64,000 nt of DNA from Methylophaga sp. (GCA_030148085.1 JASBUF010000069.1:4924-68923), one strand, 5' to 3'; positions 47,746 to 58,809 are shown, counted from the first letter of the stretch. Numbers and translations: made by a program. Notes: generated by a model not told the origin, from the letters alone.

Positions 47746-48726
47746 TCAATTATACATGGCTTTGCGAGCAAGAAGATGTGCACCTTTGAGGCCAGCGTCG
47801 GGATCTAAAACCACTCGGATTGGCAGCCTTTCTAACAAATGGCGCATACGTCCTTTCGCCAGAAGAGCCTCCAAGAATAAGGACTGTTCAAGTAAATCGA
47901 GGTTTTTGGTGACGATACCACCAGCGATGTATAAGCCATTTTTTGGCATGACAGTCAGCGCCAGATTGCCAGCTTGAGCCCCATACAAAGCAAAAAATAA
48001 CATCATGGCTTCATACGACAGGCTATCACCATCACGTGCGTAATCACTGATTACCTTGGCGGCATTTTCTTTCATCATTGCCAATCGGCAATCAGGGTTC
48101 TCCTCCATTTGGCGATAATCGCGGAGGAAGTTGTAAATAGTGACTATGCCTTCACCTGACACTAATCGCTCATAAGACACATGCTCAAAGCGTTTCAGCA
48201 AATGCTCTAACAGGCGCGTTTGGGTTGAGTCTTGCGGTGCAAAGTCCGTATGTCCCCCCTCCGTTGGGTAGACTTTCCATCCATGAGCATGCTCTATCAT
48301 GTATGCCTGCCCGAGGCCGGTGCCGGCACCAATTACTGCACGAGGGCCGGCATCAGGCTCCCCGACCTGCAAGGTTGAGTAATCCTGCTCGTCGAGCTCA
48401 GCAATGCCATAGCCCACTGCTTCAAAATCATTGCATAAAACAACCGTTTCAATACTGAAACGGTGTTCCAGTTCTGTACGCACAATAACCCACGGTAAAT
48501 TGGTGACTTTGGCTGAGTCTCCCTCCACAGGTCCGGCGACAGCCAAACTCGCAACAGCAATCGGATAAGCGCCTTCTATCTCTGCTAAAAACGCCGCCAA
48601 AAGGTGTTCAAAACTCTCATAAAGACAACACTCAAAGCGCTGCTTATGTATCAGCTCACCCTCCTTTGTGGTGAGCTGAAGCAAAGTCTTGGTTCCCCCG
48701 ATATCGGCTGCAAGCAGATAGACCAT
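47746..48726 (-). CDS. glk: Glucokinase
   Basis: ADIGGTK, TNLPW, NDFEA, GAGTGLG, EGGH and ERLVSG motifs. Confidence 0.93.
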   Translation of the reverse strand: MVYLLAADIGGTKTLLQLTTKEGELIHKQRFECCLYESFEHLLAAFLAEIEGAYPIAVASLAVAGPVEGDSAKVTNLPWVIVRTELEHRFSIETVVLCNDFEAVGYGIAELDEQDYSTLQVGEPDAGPRAVIGAGTGLGQAYMIEHAHGWKVYPTEGGHTDFAPQDSTQTRLLEHLLKRFEHVSYERLVSGEGIVTIYNFLRDYRQMEENPDCRLAMMKENAAKVISDYARDGDSLSYEAMMLFFALYGAQAGNLALTVMPKNGLYIAGGIVTKNLDLLEQSLFLEALLAKGRMRHLLERLPIRVVLDPDAGLKGAHLLARKAMYN

Positions 48727-48728
48727 GG

Positions 48729-49439
48729 TTATTGTTCGGCAGCTGCCTTATCCATAAACCAGTAATAGGTGTTTTGTGGTGCCAGGCGCTGAACCGGCAG
48801 ACCGGATACCGCATCGGTAGTGATATCTTTCACAATAGCCGCCTTGCCTTCACCGGAAATGAATACGATGACCTGAAGCGCAGCATTTATGACCGAATAG
48901 GTCATGGTGACACGCCATGAGTCGAATTTTTCGACATACAGTTCTGTGGTCAAGGTGTCAGTCACATCCAATGCCGGGGTTTCCGGGAACAACGAAGCAA
49001 TATGCCCATCCGGCCCCAAGCCCAGCAGGACCAAATCAAATGGTGCGCCTTGCATGACATCCTGCATGGTTTCTGCGTAACGTTTTGCCACTTCGGCAGG
49101 CTCATTACTCTCAGTCGGCATGCGATGCACATTTTCGGCTGGAATCGGAATGAGGTCGAGCATCGCCTGACGCGCCATCTTAAAGTTGCTGTCATCATGG
49201 GTAGGCGGAACACAACGCTCATCACCAAAAAACAGGTGTACCCGCGTCCAGTCGATTTGCTCGATATAGGGTGAGGTTGCCAGTTTCTGGTACAGACCTT
49301 TTGGTGTTGAACCTCCGGCCAATGCCACATAAAACACACCACGCTTGGCAATCGCCGCGCGAGCGGTGGTGACAAAATGTTCGGCAGCGGCGGTTATCAG
49401 GCTGGCCGAATCCGCCAGGATCTTTTGTTCTGCTTTCAT
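48729..49439 (-). CDS. pgl: 6-phosphogluconolactonase
   Basis: ALAGGSTP, GDERCVP..HDDSN and LGLGPDGHIASLFP motifs. Confidence 0.95.
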   Translation of the reverse strand: MKAEQKILADSASLITAAAEHFVTTARAAIAKRGVFYVALAGGSTPKGLYQKLATSPYIEQIDWTRVHLFFGDERCVPPTHDDSNFKMARQAMLDLIPIPAENVHRMPTESNEPAEVAKRYAETMQDVMQGAPFDLVLLGLGPDGHIASLFPETPALDVTDTLTTELYVEKFDSWRVTMTYSVINAALQVIVFISGEGKAAIVKDITTDAVSGLPVQRLAPQNTYYWFMDKAAAEQ

Positions 49440-49602
49440 GAAATCCTCTGTTCAAATTTACTAAAAAAGATACGGTGGCAGAGCCGATGATGATGCAGAT
49501 AACATCACGCTTTATGCTCGGCTTAATTGCTAGCATGATATATGAAAACTTAGCCAAATTGAGATTGTCTTAAACCGGACTTCCAACAAACAAGGATCGC
49601 TC

Positions 49603-50298
49603 ATGAAACCCAGCCTCGCATTTCTGTCCCTGCTTTTTTTGTCTTCTTTAAGCTATGCAGACGATCATAAGCTACAACTCGGCATTGTTAATCTGGATGC
49701 CAGCGCGATTCAAGACGTCGAAAACGATGAGCTGGTCGCCCGTCTGCAAGTGATTGAAGATGGTCGCGATCCGGCGCAACTGACTAATCTAGTGAATCAG
49801 AAAACCGCGCTGGTGCTTGATGCTGTGAAGAACTTCAAAGACATCCAAGCCGAGACCAGCAGCTATCACACCCGTCCAATTTATGATGATGGCAAAATCA
49901 GATCCTGGCAGGTGTCACAGCAGCTCACGCTGGAAACAGGCAACTTTGACCAAATGAGCCAGTTCATTGCTGATATCAATTCACTGGCCAATATTCAAGG
50001 CATGCAGTTTCAAGTCTCTGATGAAAAAGCTGAACAGGTCAAACAGGATCTATTGAAACAGGCGATTACTAAATTTCAGGCTAAAGCCAAACTCATTGCC
50101 AGCGAATTTGATCGTAGTGGCTACGAGTTGGTCAATCTCTCAATTGATGGTAATTATTTCCAGCCGACACCGGTGATGGAACGTGCGGTCATGATGTCTG
50201 CCGACAGCATGAGTAAAGGTGCGCCAGCCGCATTGGCCGGTGGCAGTAATGAAGTCTCTGTAACTGTCCGCGGCAGTATTCAGCTCAGTATCAACTAG
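49603..50298 (+). CDS. SIMPL/DUF541 periplasmic protein
   Basis: Signal peptide, VENDEL, F.VS, A..F..KA and C-terminal AGG..EVSVTVRGSI patterns. Confidence 0.8.
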   Translation: MKPSLAFLSLLFLSSLSYADDHKLQLGIVNLDASAIQDVENDELVARLQVIEDGRDPAQLTNLVNQKTALVLDAVKNFKDIQAETSSYHTRPIYDDGKIRSWQVSQQLTLETGNFDQMSQFIADINSLANIQGMQFQVSDEKAEQVKQDLLKQAITKFQAKAKLIASEFDRSGYELVNLSIDGNYFQPTPVMERAVMMSADSMSKGAPAALAGGSNEVSVTVRGSIQLSIN

Positions 50299-51517
50299 AC
50301 GACTTTCTTTTCTGTAACAGGCGTGGCATCAGCGGCGCCTGTACAAAGAAAGTAAACAGAACAACACCATAGACCATGGATTGTATCGTCCACCAGTAAT
50401 CCAACTCTGTGGGCAGTGACAACACCAGTGCCAGCGTCACTGCCCCTCTGAGTCCACCCAATAACATCAACTGCTGATCCGCGACACTCAGCCGCTGAGT
50501 CTTGCTTGGCCATAATAGAGCAGCAGCGCTCATCAGCATTACAATGCGGGCAAGAATCACTGCCGCAATCGCGATCAACATTGCCAGCCAGTTATGGTCA
50601 AACATGCTCAGCGTGATGGTAACGCCCATGATCAAAAACATCAGTGCTTCGGCAACAAACACCGTAAACGCCCAAAACTCATCGACAAACAGAGGTTGTG
50701 AAGCCTGTTGCCGTGGTTGTTGCAGGCTATAACTTAGGATGAGTCCCGTTATCAGCACCGCCATCACGCCTGACACTGCCAGCACTTTTTCGGCCAGTAA
50801 AAAGGACAAATAGGCCACACTGAGGGTCACCACCGCTTGCGACACACTGTCAGCAAAACGTTTCAGGATCAGGCTTGCCAGTACGCCTATCACCGCACCA
50901 CAGCCAATCCCTCCAACAAAGACCAGAAAAAACTGTATCGCGGCATCAGCAGCAGAAAATAGGGCCGCCGGCATAAGGGCCAGTTGCAAAATCACGCTGA
51001 AACCGACTATCGCCATGGCGTCATTGAGTAATGACTCACCTTCCAGCAATACACATAAACGCTTGGGGGCACCCAGATCACGCATCATGCCGACCACGGC
51101 TGCTGGATCGGTGGCGGCCAGTAGTACAGCCGTCAGCAAGGCAGCGATAAACGGGAACCCTGTTGGGTGCGCAATACCTACAAATATCAACCAGCCGCTG
51201 AGAAACATCGCCAGCAGCATCAATGGCAAAGCCAGCAATAACACGCCCAGCCAATGCTGTCTGAATGCGACCATATCCAAGGTAAAGGCCGCCTGAAAGA
51301 TCAGCAGCGGCAGTAGCACATAGAAAATAAGATCATGGAAGGCATCAAAGCGGATGCCAGTGTCAAAACCGGCCGCAACAATCACTTCACTGGCGACAAA
51401 ACCCAGGGCTATCAGCACCGCCGCAAAGGGCAGATGCCATTTTTCACTCAAGGGACGCAACAGCATTGCCACCAGTAACGCCAGCGCCAGAGAGAGCATA
51501 CCGGTGGAGAGGCTCAT
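50291..51517 (-). CDS. CPA1 family Na+(K+)/H+ antiporter (NhaP-like)
   Basis: ATDPAAV, EGESLLNDA, SGVMAV and GLRGAVTLAL motifs; about 12 TM segments. Confidence 0.9.
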   Translation of the reverse strand: MSLSTGMLSLALALLVAMLLRPLSEKWHLPFAAVLIALGFVASEVIVAAGFDTGIRFDAFHDLIFYVLLPLLIFQAAFTLDMVAFRQHWLGVLLLALPLMLLAMFLSGWLIFVGIAHPTGFPFIAALLTAVLLAATDPAAVVGMMRDLGAPKRLCVLLEGESLLNDAMAIVGFSVILQLALMPAALFSAADAAIQFFLVFVGGIGCGAVIGVLASLILKRFADSVSQAVVTLSVAYLSFLLAEKVLAVSGVMAVLITGLILSYSLQQPRQQASQPLFVDEFWAFTVFVAEALMFLIMGVTITLSMFDHNWLAMLIAIAAVILARIVMLMSAAALLWPSKTQRLSVADQQLMLLGGLRGAVTLALVLSLPTELDYWWTIQSMVYGVVLFTFFVQAPLMPRLLQKRKSSS

Positions 51518-51585
51518 CGGGGCCTGCTCCTATGTGTAGAAGGAATACGACGACGCATACGTCACACCCTCTTCGACTGAAGATA

Positions 51586-51612
51586 CTGTCAGCAAACCAC
51601 AGTTGCTGACAG
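51586..51612. other. 10-bp hairpin between ilvA and the antiporter gene
   Basis: CTGTCAGCAA-ACCACAG-TTGCTGACAG with no U-tract; could be a pause, stability or weak terminator element. Confidence 0.5.
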
Positions 51613-51625
51613 GCATCAAGCCGGA

Positions 51626-53140
51626 CTACTTCAGGAACAATGGATAGGCCGGGTTATCGGTCTCTTCCCAGTAGCTGTAGCCCAGGGTATCGAGAAAGGT
51701 CTGGAACTCAGACTCGTAATTAGCCGGAACCTGAATACCAACCAGAACCCGTCCGTAGGCAGCACCATGATTACGGTAATGGAACAGACTGATATTCCAG
51801 CGTTTGCCGATACGCGTTAAAAAGCGCAGCAACGCACCTGGGCGCTCCGGAAACTCAAAACGGATCAGCCGCTCATCGGTCACCTGTGGGGCATGGCCCC
51901 CTACCATATAACGGATATGCAGCTTCGCCATTTCATTGTCGGTGAAATCGACCCAGTCGTAGCCGGCATTATCAAGTAAGCCAAACAGCTGCTGTCGTTC
52001 TTCATCCTTGCCAGTAATGCGGACACCGACAAACACCTGCGCCTGCTGATCGTCCGCATAGCGGTAGTTGAACTCAGTAATACCGCGGTCGCCAAGCGTT
52101 TTACAGAACTTCTGGAAACTGCCGGGTTCTTCATCAATCTTGGTGGCAAACAGCACTTCACGGCGTTCACCGATTTCGGCCCGCTCTGCGACATGACGTA
52201 AGCGGTCGAAATTGATATTGGCACCACTGTCGATAACCACCATATGCTGATTCTGCATCGGGTTTTCTTTGAGATATTTTTTCACCCCGGCCACCGCCAA
52301 GGCACCCGATGGTTCGGCAATGGAGCGGGTATCTTCAAAGATATCCATGATCGCCGCGCAGAGTTCGTCACTATCGACCGTCACGATCTCATCGACTGTC
52401 TCGCGACACACACGAAACGGTTCAACACCCACCTGTTTGACCGCCGTACCATCAGCAAACAGACCAACCTGATCCAGTTTCACACGCTCATCAGCGGCCA
52501 AAGCCGCTTTCATGCTCGCAGCATCGGCAGGTTCGACGCCAATCACTTTGATCTCCGGCCAGAAGGCCTTGATATAGGCTGCGACTCCGGCAATCAGACC
52601 ACCACCACCGACCGGCACAAACACCGCATGCAACGGGTCCGGATGCTGACGGATAATCTCCATCGCAATCGTGCCCTGTCCGGCAATCACTTCTGGGTCA
52701 TCGTATGGATGAATAAAGGTACGGCCTTGTTTTTCTGCGACCTCTAACGCATAGGCACCCGCATCATCGTAGCTGTTGCCATGCAATTGAATCTCGGCGC
52801 CATAGGCGCGTACCGCTTCGACCTTGATTGGCGGTGTGGTTTTCGGCATCACGATGAGTGCCGACACCCCCATTTTCTGAGCGGATAAAGCAACACCTTG
52901 GGCATGATTACCGGCTGATGCGCAGACCACACCGCGTGCTCTTTCGTCTTCAGTCAGCTGGCTCATGCGATTATAGGCGCCGCGTAACTTGAATGAGAAG
53001 ACTGGCTGAAGATCTTCACGCTTAATCAGGATCGTATTCTGCAGCCGTTTCGACAGCCGCGGCATCACGTCCAGCGGCGTCTCCTGAGCGACATCATAGA
53101 CGCGGGCTTTAAGAATTTTTTCTACGTATCCAGTTAGCAT
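51626..53140 (-). CDS. ilvA: Threonine ammonia-lyase, biosynthetic
   Basis: KREDLQPVFSFKLRGA, SAGNHAQG, GGGGL and two regulatory ACT-like domains; start could also be 53146 or 53149. Confidence 0.96.
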   Translation of the reverse strand: MLTGYVEKILKARVYDVAQETPLDVMPRLSKRLQNTILIKREDLQPVFSFKLRGAYNRMSQLTEDERARGVVCASAGNHAQGVALSAQKMGVSALIVMPKTTPPIKVEAVRAYGAEIQLHGNSYDDAGAYALEVAEKQGRTFIHPYDDPEVIAGQGTIAMEIIRQHPDPLHAVFVPVGGGGLIAGVAAYIKAFWPEIKVIGVEPADAASMKAALAADERVKLDQVGLFADGTAVKQVGVEPFRVCRETVDEIVTVDSDELCAAIMDIFEDTRSIAEPSGALAVAGVKKYLKENPMQNQHMVVIDSGANINFDRLRHVAERAEIGERREVLFATKIDEEPGSFQKFCKTLGDRGITEFNYRYADDQQAQVFVGVRITGKDEERQQLFGLLDNAGYDWVDFTDNEMAKLHIRYMVGGHAPQVTDERLIRFEFPERPGALLRFLTRIGKRWNISLFHYRNHGAAYGRVLVGIQVPANYESEFQTFLDTLGYSYWEETDNPAYPLFLK

Positions 53141-53301
53141 TGCCATCAAGTTCTGTCTTTACGGCTATCACCTGTTAAGCCAACGGCTTAATGATGACAG
53201 CGGATTAGGGTTAAGCAAACGCTTACGTTACCATTGACGCTAATTTATCTCTATAATTGCCGGGATAATTTTTACGTCATTTTGAACAAGAGGAAGCACG
53301 C

Positions 53302-53967
53302 ATGAATGCTGATGAGATGAAAAAGCAAGCCGCCTGGGCTGCACTCGAATACATTAAAGGTGATGGTATTGTTGGTGTCGGTACTGGTTCTACTGTGAAC
53401 CACTTTATTGATGCTCTGGCTACCATCAAGGGCCGCATTGAAGGCGCGGTATCCAGCTCTGAAGCTTCCACTCAAAAAATGAAAGACCTCGGCATTCGCG
53501 TGTTCGATCTGAATGAATGCAACGATATTGAAGTCTATGTCGACGGTGCTGATGAAGCCAATCCATTCCTGGAACTAACCAAAGGTGGAGGCGGTGCGCT
53601 GACCCGTGAAAAAATCATCGCTGCAGCTAGCAAACAGTTTGTCTGTATCGTTGATGCCAGCAAGCAGGTCGACATTCTAGGTAAATTCCCGCTGCCAGTT
53701 GAAGTCATTCCGATGGCACGTAGCTATGTCGCTCGTGAAATCGTCAAACTGGGCGGCCAGCCTGTTTACCGTGAAGGCGTGATCACCGATAACGGTAATG
53801 TCATCCTTGACGTGCACGGCATGGATATCATGGAACCGATCAAACTGGAAAAAACCCTGAACGATATCGTTGGTGTGGTGACTAACGGTCTGTTCGCGAT
53901 GCGTCCGGCAGATGTGCTGCTGGTTGGTTCAGAAGAGGGAACCAAAACCGTTTACGCGAAATCGTAA
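53302..53967 (+). CDS. rpiA: Ribose-5-phosphate isomerase A
   Basis: [24 protein letters not shown] and TDNGN motifs. Confidence 0.97.
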   Translation: MNADEMKKQAAWAALEYIKGDGIVGVGTGSTVNHFIDALATIKGRIEGAVSSSEASTQKMKDLGIRVFDLNECNDIEVYVDGADEANPFLELTKGGGGALTREKIIAAASKQFVCIVDASKQVDILGKFPLPVEVIPMARSYVAREIVKLGGQPVYREGVITDNGNVILDVHGMDIMEPIKLEKTLNDIVGVVTNGLFAMRPADVLLVGSEEGTKTVYAKS

Positions 53968-53975
53968 AACTTAGC

Positions 53976-54005
53976 GGCCGGCCCGGGAGTGGGCCGGCCC
54001 CTTTT
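53976..54005 (+). terminator. Intrinsic terminator after rpiA
   Basis: GGCCGGCCC-GGGAGT-GGGCCGGCC followed by CCTTTT. Confidence 0.7.
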
Positions 54006-54025
54006 ACTCTCAGCATGGCGCTTTT

Positions 54026-55273
54026 ATGTTCAGACCGCTCAGTCTCTATATCGGCACACGATACACCCGGGCAAAACGCCGTAACCATTTTATTTCCTTT
54101 ATTTCTTTAACCTCGATGCTGGGCGTTGCCCTCGGCGTCGCTGCCTTGATTACCGTACTCTCGGTGATGAATGGTTTTGAGAAAGAGCTGAAGGAACGCA
54201 TCCTCGGCATGACCTCACATGCCTTCATCACTGGCCCTGACGGTACACTAAGCGACTGGAAAGCCCTGCGTGACCAGATCAAGGATCACCCGGATCTGGT
54301 CGACTCCGCTCCCTTTGTTGAAGGCCAAGCCATGCTCAGTCAGGGTAACCGAGTTCGTGGCACGCTGGTGCGGGGTATTGATGTGGAAATGGAAAAAACC
54401 GTTTCCAGCATTGGTGACAAAGTGGTTCAGGGCCAACTGGAAGCACTGACAGACGGCAGCTTCGGCATCGTGCTCGGTAAGGATTTGGCACTGGCCATGG
54501 GCGTCGTCACCGGTGACAAGATCACCTTGATTACCCCACATGTGAGCCCAACACCCGCCGGCGTGATTCCCCGCCTCAAACGACTGACAGTGGTTGGTAT
54601 TTTCGAAATCGGCATGTATGAATATGACAGCGCGCTGGCCATCATGAATATCACTGATGCCGCCAAGCTGTTCAAAATTCCGGACAAAGTCACCGGGCTT
54701 CGGCTGGAGTTTGATGATGTCTTCAAGGCGCCACAACTGCTACGTGATCTGATGCAGGATGTGCCAACACATTACCGCGCTGCTGACTGGACCTTCCAGC
54801 ATGCCAACTTCTTCCGCGCATTGAAAACCGAAAAGACGGTGATGTTTGTCATTCTGATGCTGATTGTCGCCGTGGCCGCCTTCAATATCGTTTCCACCCT
54901 GGTGATGATGGTCACTGACAAGCAGTCGGATATCGCCATCCTACGAACCCTGGGCATGACACCGGGCAGTGTAATGGGCATCTTTATGGTTCAAGGCACC
55001 CTGATTGGCCTTATTGGTACGGGTCTTGGTGTGATAGGCGGTATTTTGCTGGCACTCAATATCGAAAACCTGATCGCGGGCCTGGAAAAACTTCTGGGTT
55101 ACCAGTTCCTGCCTGCCGATGTTTATTACATTAGCAGCCTGCCCTCCGATTTGCAGTCACAGGATGTCGTCACTATTGCCATCACTGCATTTGTCTTATC
55201 TATTCTGTCGACGCTTTACCCGTCATGGCGTGCCGCACAGGTGAAACCAGCCGAGGCCTTACGTTATGAGTAA
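54026..55273 (+). CDS. Lipoprotein-releasing ABC transporter permease (LolC/E family)
   Basis: [32 protein letters not shown] and PAEALRYE motifs. Confidence 0.93.
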   Translation: MFRPLSLYIGTRYTRAKRRNHFISFISLTSMLGVALGVAALITVLSVMNGFEKELKERILGMTSHAFITGPDGTLSDWKALRDQIKDHPDLVDSAPFVEGQAMLSQGNRVRGTLVRGIDVEMEKTVSSIGDKVVQGQLEALTDGSFGIVLGKDLALAMGVVTGDKITLITPHVSPTPAGVIPRLKRLTVVGIFEIGMYEYDSALAIMNITDAAKLFKIPDKVTGLRLEFDDVFKAPQLLRDLMQDVPTHYRAADWTFQHANFFRALKTEKTVMFVILMLIVAVAAFNIVSTLVMMVTDKQSDIAILRTLGMTPGSVMGIFMVQGTLIGLIGTGLGVIGGILLALNIENLIAGLEKLLGYQFLPADVYYISSLPSDLQSQDVVTIAITAFVLSILSTLYPSWRAAQVKPAEALRYE

Positions 55274-55943
55274 TGCAGTTATTGCCGCCAGTAACCTGTC
55301 GAAATCTTTCACTGACGGTGGCTTGGAAACGCATGTGCTGGAGGGAGTCAACCTGACAGTGAACAAAGGTGACAGACTAGCTATTGTCGGCAGTTCCGGC
55401 TCCGGCAAGAGTACCCTGCTCCATATTCTGGGGGGGCTAGACACCCCGACGCAGGGTCAAGTACTGGTCAATGGTCAGGATATCCATGCGATGAAAAGCC
55501 ACGCGTCCAGTCGCCTACGTAACCAGCAACTGGGCTTTGTCTACCAGTTTCATCATCTGTTGCCGGAATTTACAGCAGTCGAGAACGTTGCCATGCCGCT
55601 GGTTATCGGCGGTAAGTCACCAAAAGCCGCACAGCAACAAGCTCGTGATTTATTAGAGCGGGTGGGACTGGGACATCGCCTTGAACACAAACCGAGCGAA
55701 CTCTCCGGCGGTGAACGTCAACGGGCGGCCTTGGCTCGTGCCTTGATTACCGAACCGGCCTGCCTGCTGGCCGATGAACCGACGGGTAACCTCGATCACC
55801 GCACGGCACAGTCTATTTTTGATTTGTTGCTGGAATTGAATACGGATCTGGGTACAGCGCTGGTTATTGTCACCCATGACACCGAACTGGCGGCCAAAAT
55901 GGACAAAGTCTCCACCCTACTGGATGGTGTACTTCAGTCCTGA
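55266..55943 (+). CDS. lolD: Lipoprotein-releasing ABC transporter ATPase
   Basis: [29 protein letters not shown] and ADEPTGNLD motifs. Confidence 0.95.
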   Translation: MSNAVIAASNLSKSFTDGGLETHVLEGVNLTVNKGDRLAIVGSSGSGKSTLLHILGGLDTPTQGQVLVNGQDIHAMKSHASSRLRNQQLGFVYQFHHLLPEFTAVENVAMPLVIGGKSPKAAQQQARDLLERVGLGHRLEHKPSELSGGERQRAALARALITEPACLLADEPTGNLDHRTAQSIFDLLLELNTDLGTALVIVTHDTELAAKMDKVSTLLDGVLQS

Positions 55944-56461
55944 CGGGTCTGATTTTTATGCGGACGGCTGATCCAACTGCGGATAACAATTAAGCGCCAG
56001 CCAATCCGCACAAATAACACGGCCAGCAGTGCCGAGAGCACACCGAAAATTGTGCAGCCCAATAGCAAGGGCTGCCAAATCTTCAGAAACTCATGGGTAA
56101 ACCACTCCCAGGTGGGACTGAAAGCATAGTGTTCAACAGGAATTTCCAGCACCCACGCACCCAGTTTGTAGGCATAGAAATAAATCGGGGCCATGGTAAG
56201 AGGATTGGTAATCCACACAGCCATGGAGGCAATCGGTAAATTCACCCTAAAGACAATCGCCAATGCAGCGGCGATAAACATTTGCCCTAAAATCGGCATA
56301 AAACCGACGAATAGGCCAAGCGCCAGTCCACCTGCCACCGAACGTCGGTTCAAGTGCCACAATCTGGGTTCTGTCAGCCGCTGACCAAACTTGCGCAGGT
56401 GTGGATGTTCGCGCATCGTATCGTGATCTGGCATGATGCGTTTTAGAAATCTACGAGGCAT
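55934..56461 (-). CDS. DUF2062 membrane protein
   Basis: [14 protein letters not shown] and WITNPLT motifs; lies between lolD and comEC. Confidence 0.88.
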   Translation of the reverse strand: MPRRFLKRIMPDHDTMREHPHLRKFGQRLTEPRLWHLNRRSVAGGLALGLFVGFMPILGQMFIAAALAIVFRVNLPIASMAVWITNPLTMAPIYFYAYKLGAWVLEIPVEHYAFSPTWEWFTHEFLKIWQPLLLGCTIFGVLSALLAVLFVRIGWRLIVIRSWISRPHKNQTRQD

Positions 56462-56504
56462 CGTGTCTCAGTCGGAGCAAAGTCGGGCGTCATTATAGGG
56501 ATAT

Positions 56505-58751
56505 ATGATTAAAATCGCCATCGGGTTTTTGCTGGGCTGCCTGTTGTGTCTGAACCTGAGTGAGCTGCCCGCAGCAGGATGGTTGCTGGCATTGTTGCTC
56601 GCTCCCCTTATCTGGTTCAGGCAACTGCTGCTCAGTAGTCTTATTGTCGGCCTGTTATGGAGCGGAGTTCAAGCTCATCTTCGGCTCACTGACCAATTGC
56701 CGGAAACACTGGCAGGCCAAACGATACTGACGCAAGGTCGTATTGCCTCGGTACCGGAACAACATGACCATTTAGTAAGATTTATTTTTGAGCCTGAAAA
56801 CCCTGAGTTACCTGACAAAATCCGCCTTAGCTGGTACCACCCGCCTGAACAGATTCCCACCGCCGGTGAACGCTGGCAACTCGGGTTACGACTTAAACCT
56901 CCGCGAGGACTGAGTAACCCCGGTAGCTTTGATTATGAGAAGTGGCTGTTTGCTGAAAACATTGGCGCTACCGGTTACGTTCATAATCGCTCCGACAATA
57001 AACGTTCGGCTGCCGCCCCACCGCTGCATGTGGACAATCTGCGCCAGCAGATACAACAGACTTTAGCTACTCTTCTACCGGCTGCCCATCAACCGGCCCT
57101 GGTTCAAGGTCTGGCGGTGGGCCTGCGCGACAATCTGAGTCAACAGCACTGGACGGTATTAAGACAGACTGGCACCAGTCACCTGCTCGCCATTTCAGGC
57201 TTACATATTGGTCTTGCGGCTACGCTGGGTTTCTTTTTATTTCGCTGGGGCTGGAGCCTGTCGACCAGTGCATTACACAGAATCCCGGCCAAACAGATCG
57301 GCGCTATTGGCGGGCTGCTCTTCGCCTTGTTCTATGCCTTGCTAGCCGGTATGTCGATTCCGACTCAGCGCGCGCTTATCATGGTCACCACCGTAATGGT
57401 GGCCCTGCTGTTGCGGCGAACAGCTTATCCCTCCCAGCTTTTCGCCTTGAGTTTATTCGCCGTGCTGGTGTTCGATCCTTTATCGGTGTTGAATGCCGGT
57501 TTCTGGCTGTCTTTTAGCGCCGTTGCCCTGATTCTGCTGACTTGCAGCGGGCGCTTTCCATCTGCAAAACGCAGTTGGTTATGGATACATCTATGGCTGG
57601 CATTAGGTCTGATGCCGCTACTATTATTATTTTTTGGTGAATTTTCGCTGATTGCACCGCTGGCAAACTTAGTCGCCGTGCCAGTGGTCAGCCTGCTGGT
57701 CGTTCCTCTCATCCTATTGACGATGTTGCTGTTACCGCTCAGTCAATCGCTGGCAGGCCTAGCATTCTGGTTAGCCGATCAACTGCTGCATTATCTATGG
57801 CTCTGGCTGAGCTGGCTTGCCGAACTTCCCATCGCTCACTGGCAGCTCCATCATCTGCCCGACGTCATTTTAGTGATTATGGCTGCCTTGTGGTTACTGC
57901 TACTTCTTCCGCGTGGCATGCCCGGCCGCTGGCTGAGCCTGATGGGTTTGTTACCCCTGTTTTTGTATCTACCCAATCGGCCTGCTCATGGTCAATTTTT
58001 CTTTACCCTGCTTGATGTCGGTCAGGGCCTGTCGGCTGTCATTCAAACCGAACACCACACTTTGGTCTTTGATACCGGCCCTCGCCATAGCGAGCGATTT
58101 GATACCGGCAGCAGTGTGGTTGCTCCCTATCTGCTCAGTCAGGGAATCACGTCCATAGACAGCTTAATTGTAAGTCATGGTGATAACGATCACCGCGGCG
58201 GCGTTGAGGGTCTACTTGAGACGCTGCCAGCCAAACAGATCCTCACTAGTGAAAACACGACACTGCCGCAAGCCCAACTATGCCAGGCCGGACAGCACTG
58301 GCGCTGGGATGGTGTCGACTTCACCATTTTGCAACCGTCTGCAGGCCAGCAAGGCAGTAAAAATAACCGTTCCTGCGTGCTGAAAGTGACCAGCACTGAG
58401 TTACGACTCTTATTACCCGGTGATATCGAGCAAGTGGCTGAACAGCAATTGCTTGGCAGTTATGGCGCCGAGCTGGATGCCGATATTCTGGTCGTGCCCC
58501 ATCATGGCAGCCGCACCTCATCTACCGGAGCCTTTATTGACGTGGTCTCCCCTGCCTATGCCTTATTTCCGGTCGGCTACCGCAACCGTTATGGCTTCCC
58601 GAAGGACGATGTCGTACAGCGTTATCAGGACCGGGAAATCACCCTGTTAAGAACGGATCGGCACGGCGCTTTAATTTTCGATAGCAAAAACCCGCCTATT
58701 CGCTGGCGACAACACAGTTCGCATTTATGGCATAACAGCTCTACTGAGTAA
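56505..58751 (+). CDS. comEC: DNA uptake competence channel ComEC/Rec2
   Basis: NPGSFDYEKWL, GTSHLLAISGLH, DVGQG, SHGDNDH.GG and PHHGS motifs. Confidence 0.94.
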   Translation: MIKIAIGFLLGCLLCLNLSELPAAGWLLALLLAPLIWFRQLLLSSLIVGLLWSGVQAHLRLTDQLPETLAGQTILTQGRIASVPEQHDHLVRFIFEPENPELPDKIRLSWYHPPEQIPTAGERWQLGLRLKPPRGLSNPGSFDYEKWLFAENIGATGYVHNRSDNKRSAAAPPLHVDNLRQQIQQTLATLLPAAHQPALVQGLAVGLRDNLSQQHWTVLRQTGTSHLLAISGLHIGLAATLGFFLFRWGWSLSTSALHRIPAKQIGAIGGLLFALFYALLAGMSIPTQRALIMVTTVMVALLLRRTAYPSQLFALSLFAVLVFDPLSVLNAGFWLSFSAVALILLTCSGRFPSAKRSWLWIHLWLALGLMPLLLLFFGEFSLIAPLANLVAVPVVSLLVVPLILLTMLLLPLSQSLAGLAFWLADQLLHYLWLWLSWLAELPIAHWQLHHLPDVILVIMAALWLLLLLPRGMPGRWLSLMGLLPLFLYLPNRPAHGQFFFTLLDVGQGLSAVIQTEHHTLVFDTGPRHSERFDTGSSVVAPYLLSQGITSIDSLIVSHGDNDHRGGVEGLLETLPAKQILTSENTTLPQAQLCQAGQHWRWDGVDFTILQPSAGQQGSKNNRSCVLKVTSTELRLLLPGDIEQVAEQQLLGSYGAELDADILVVPHHGSRTSSTGAFIDVVSPAYALFPVGYRNRYGFPKDDVVQRYQDREITLLRTDRHGALIFDSKNPPIRWRQHSSHLWHNSSTE

Positions 58752-58809
58752 GTCTATTTTCACGTATGATGGGCGCTGTCATCATTCATTCAACAGAGAC
58801 TGAATTATC

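Noticed and set aside
53159-53170. 12-bp match TTACGGCTATCA with 12725-12736
   Set aside because: Many 12-mer coincidences are expected by chance in 64 kb.
53234-53257. TTGACG...TATAAT upstream of rpiA as a sigma-70 promoter
   Set aside because: The spacer is only 12 bp. The -10 may be real, but this -35/-10 pairing is not.
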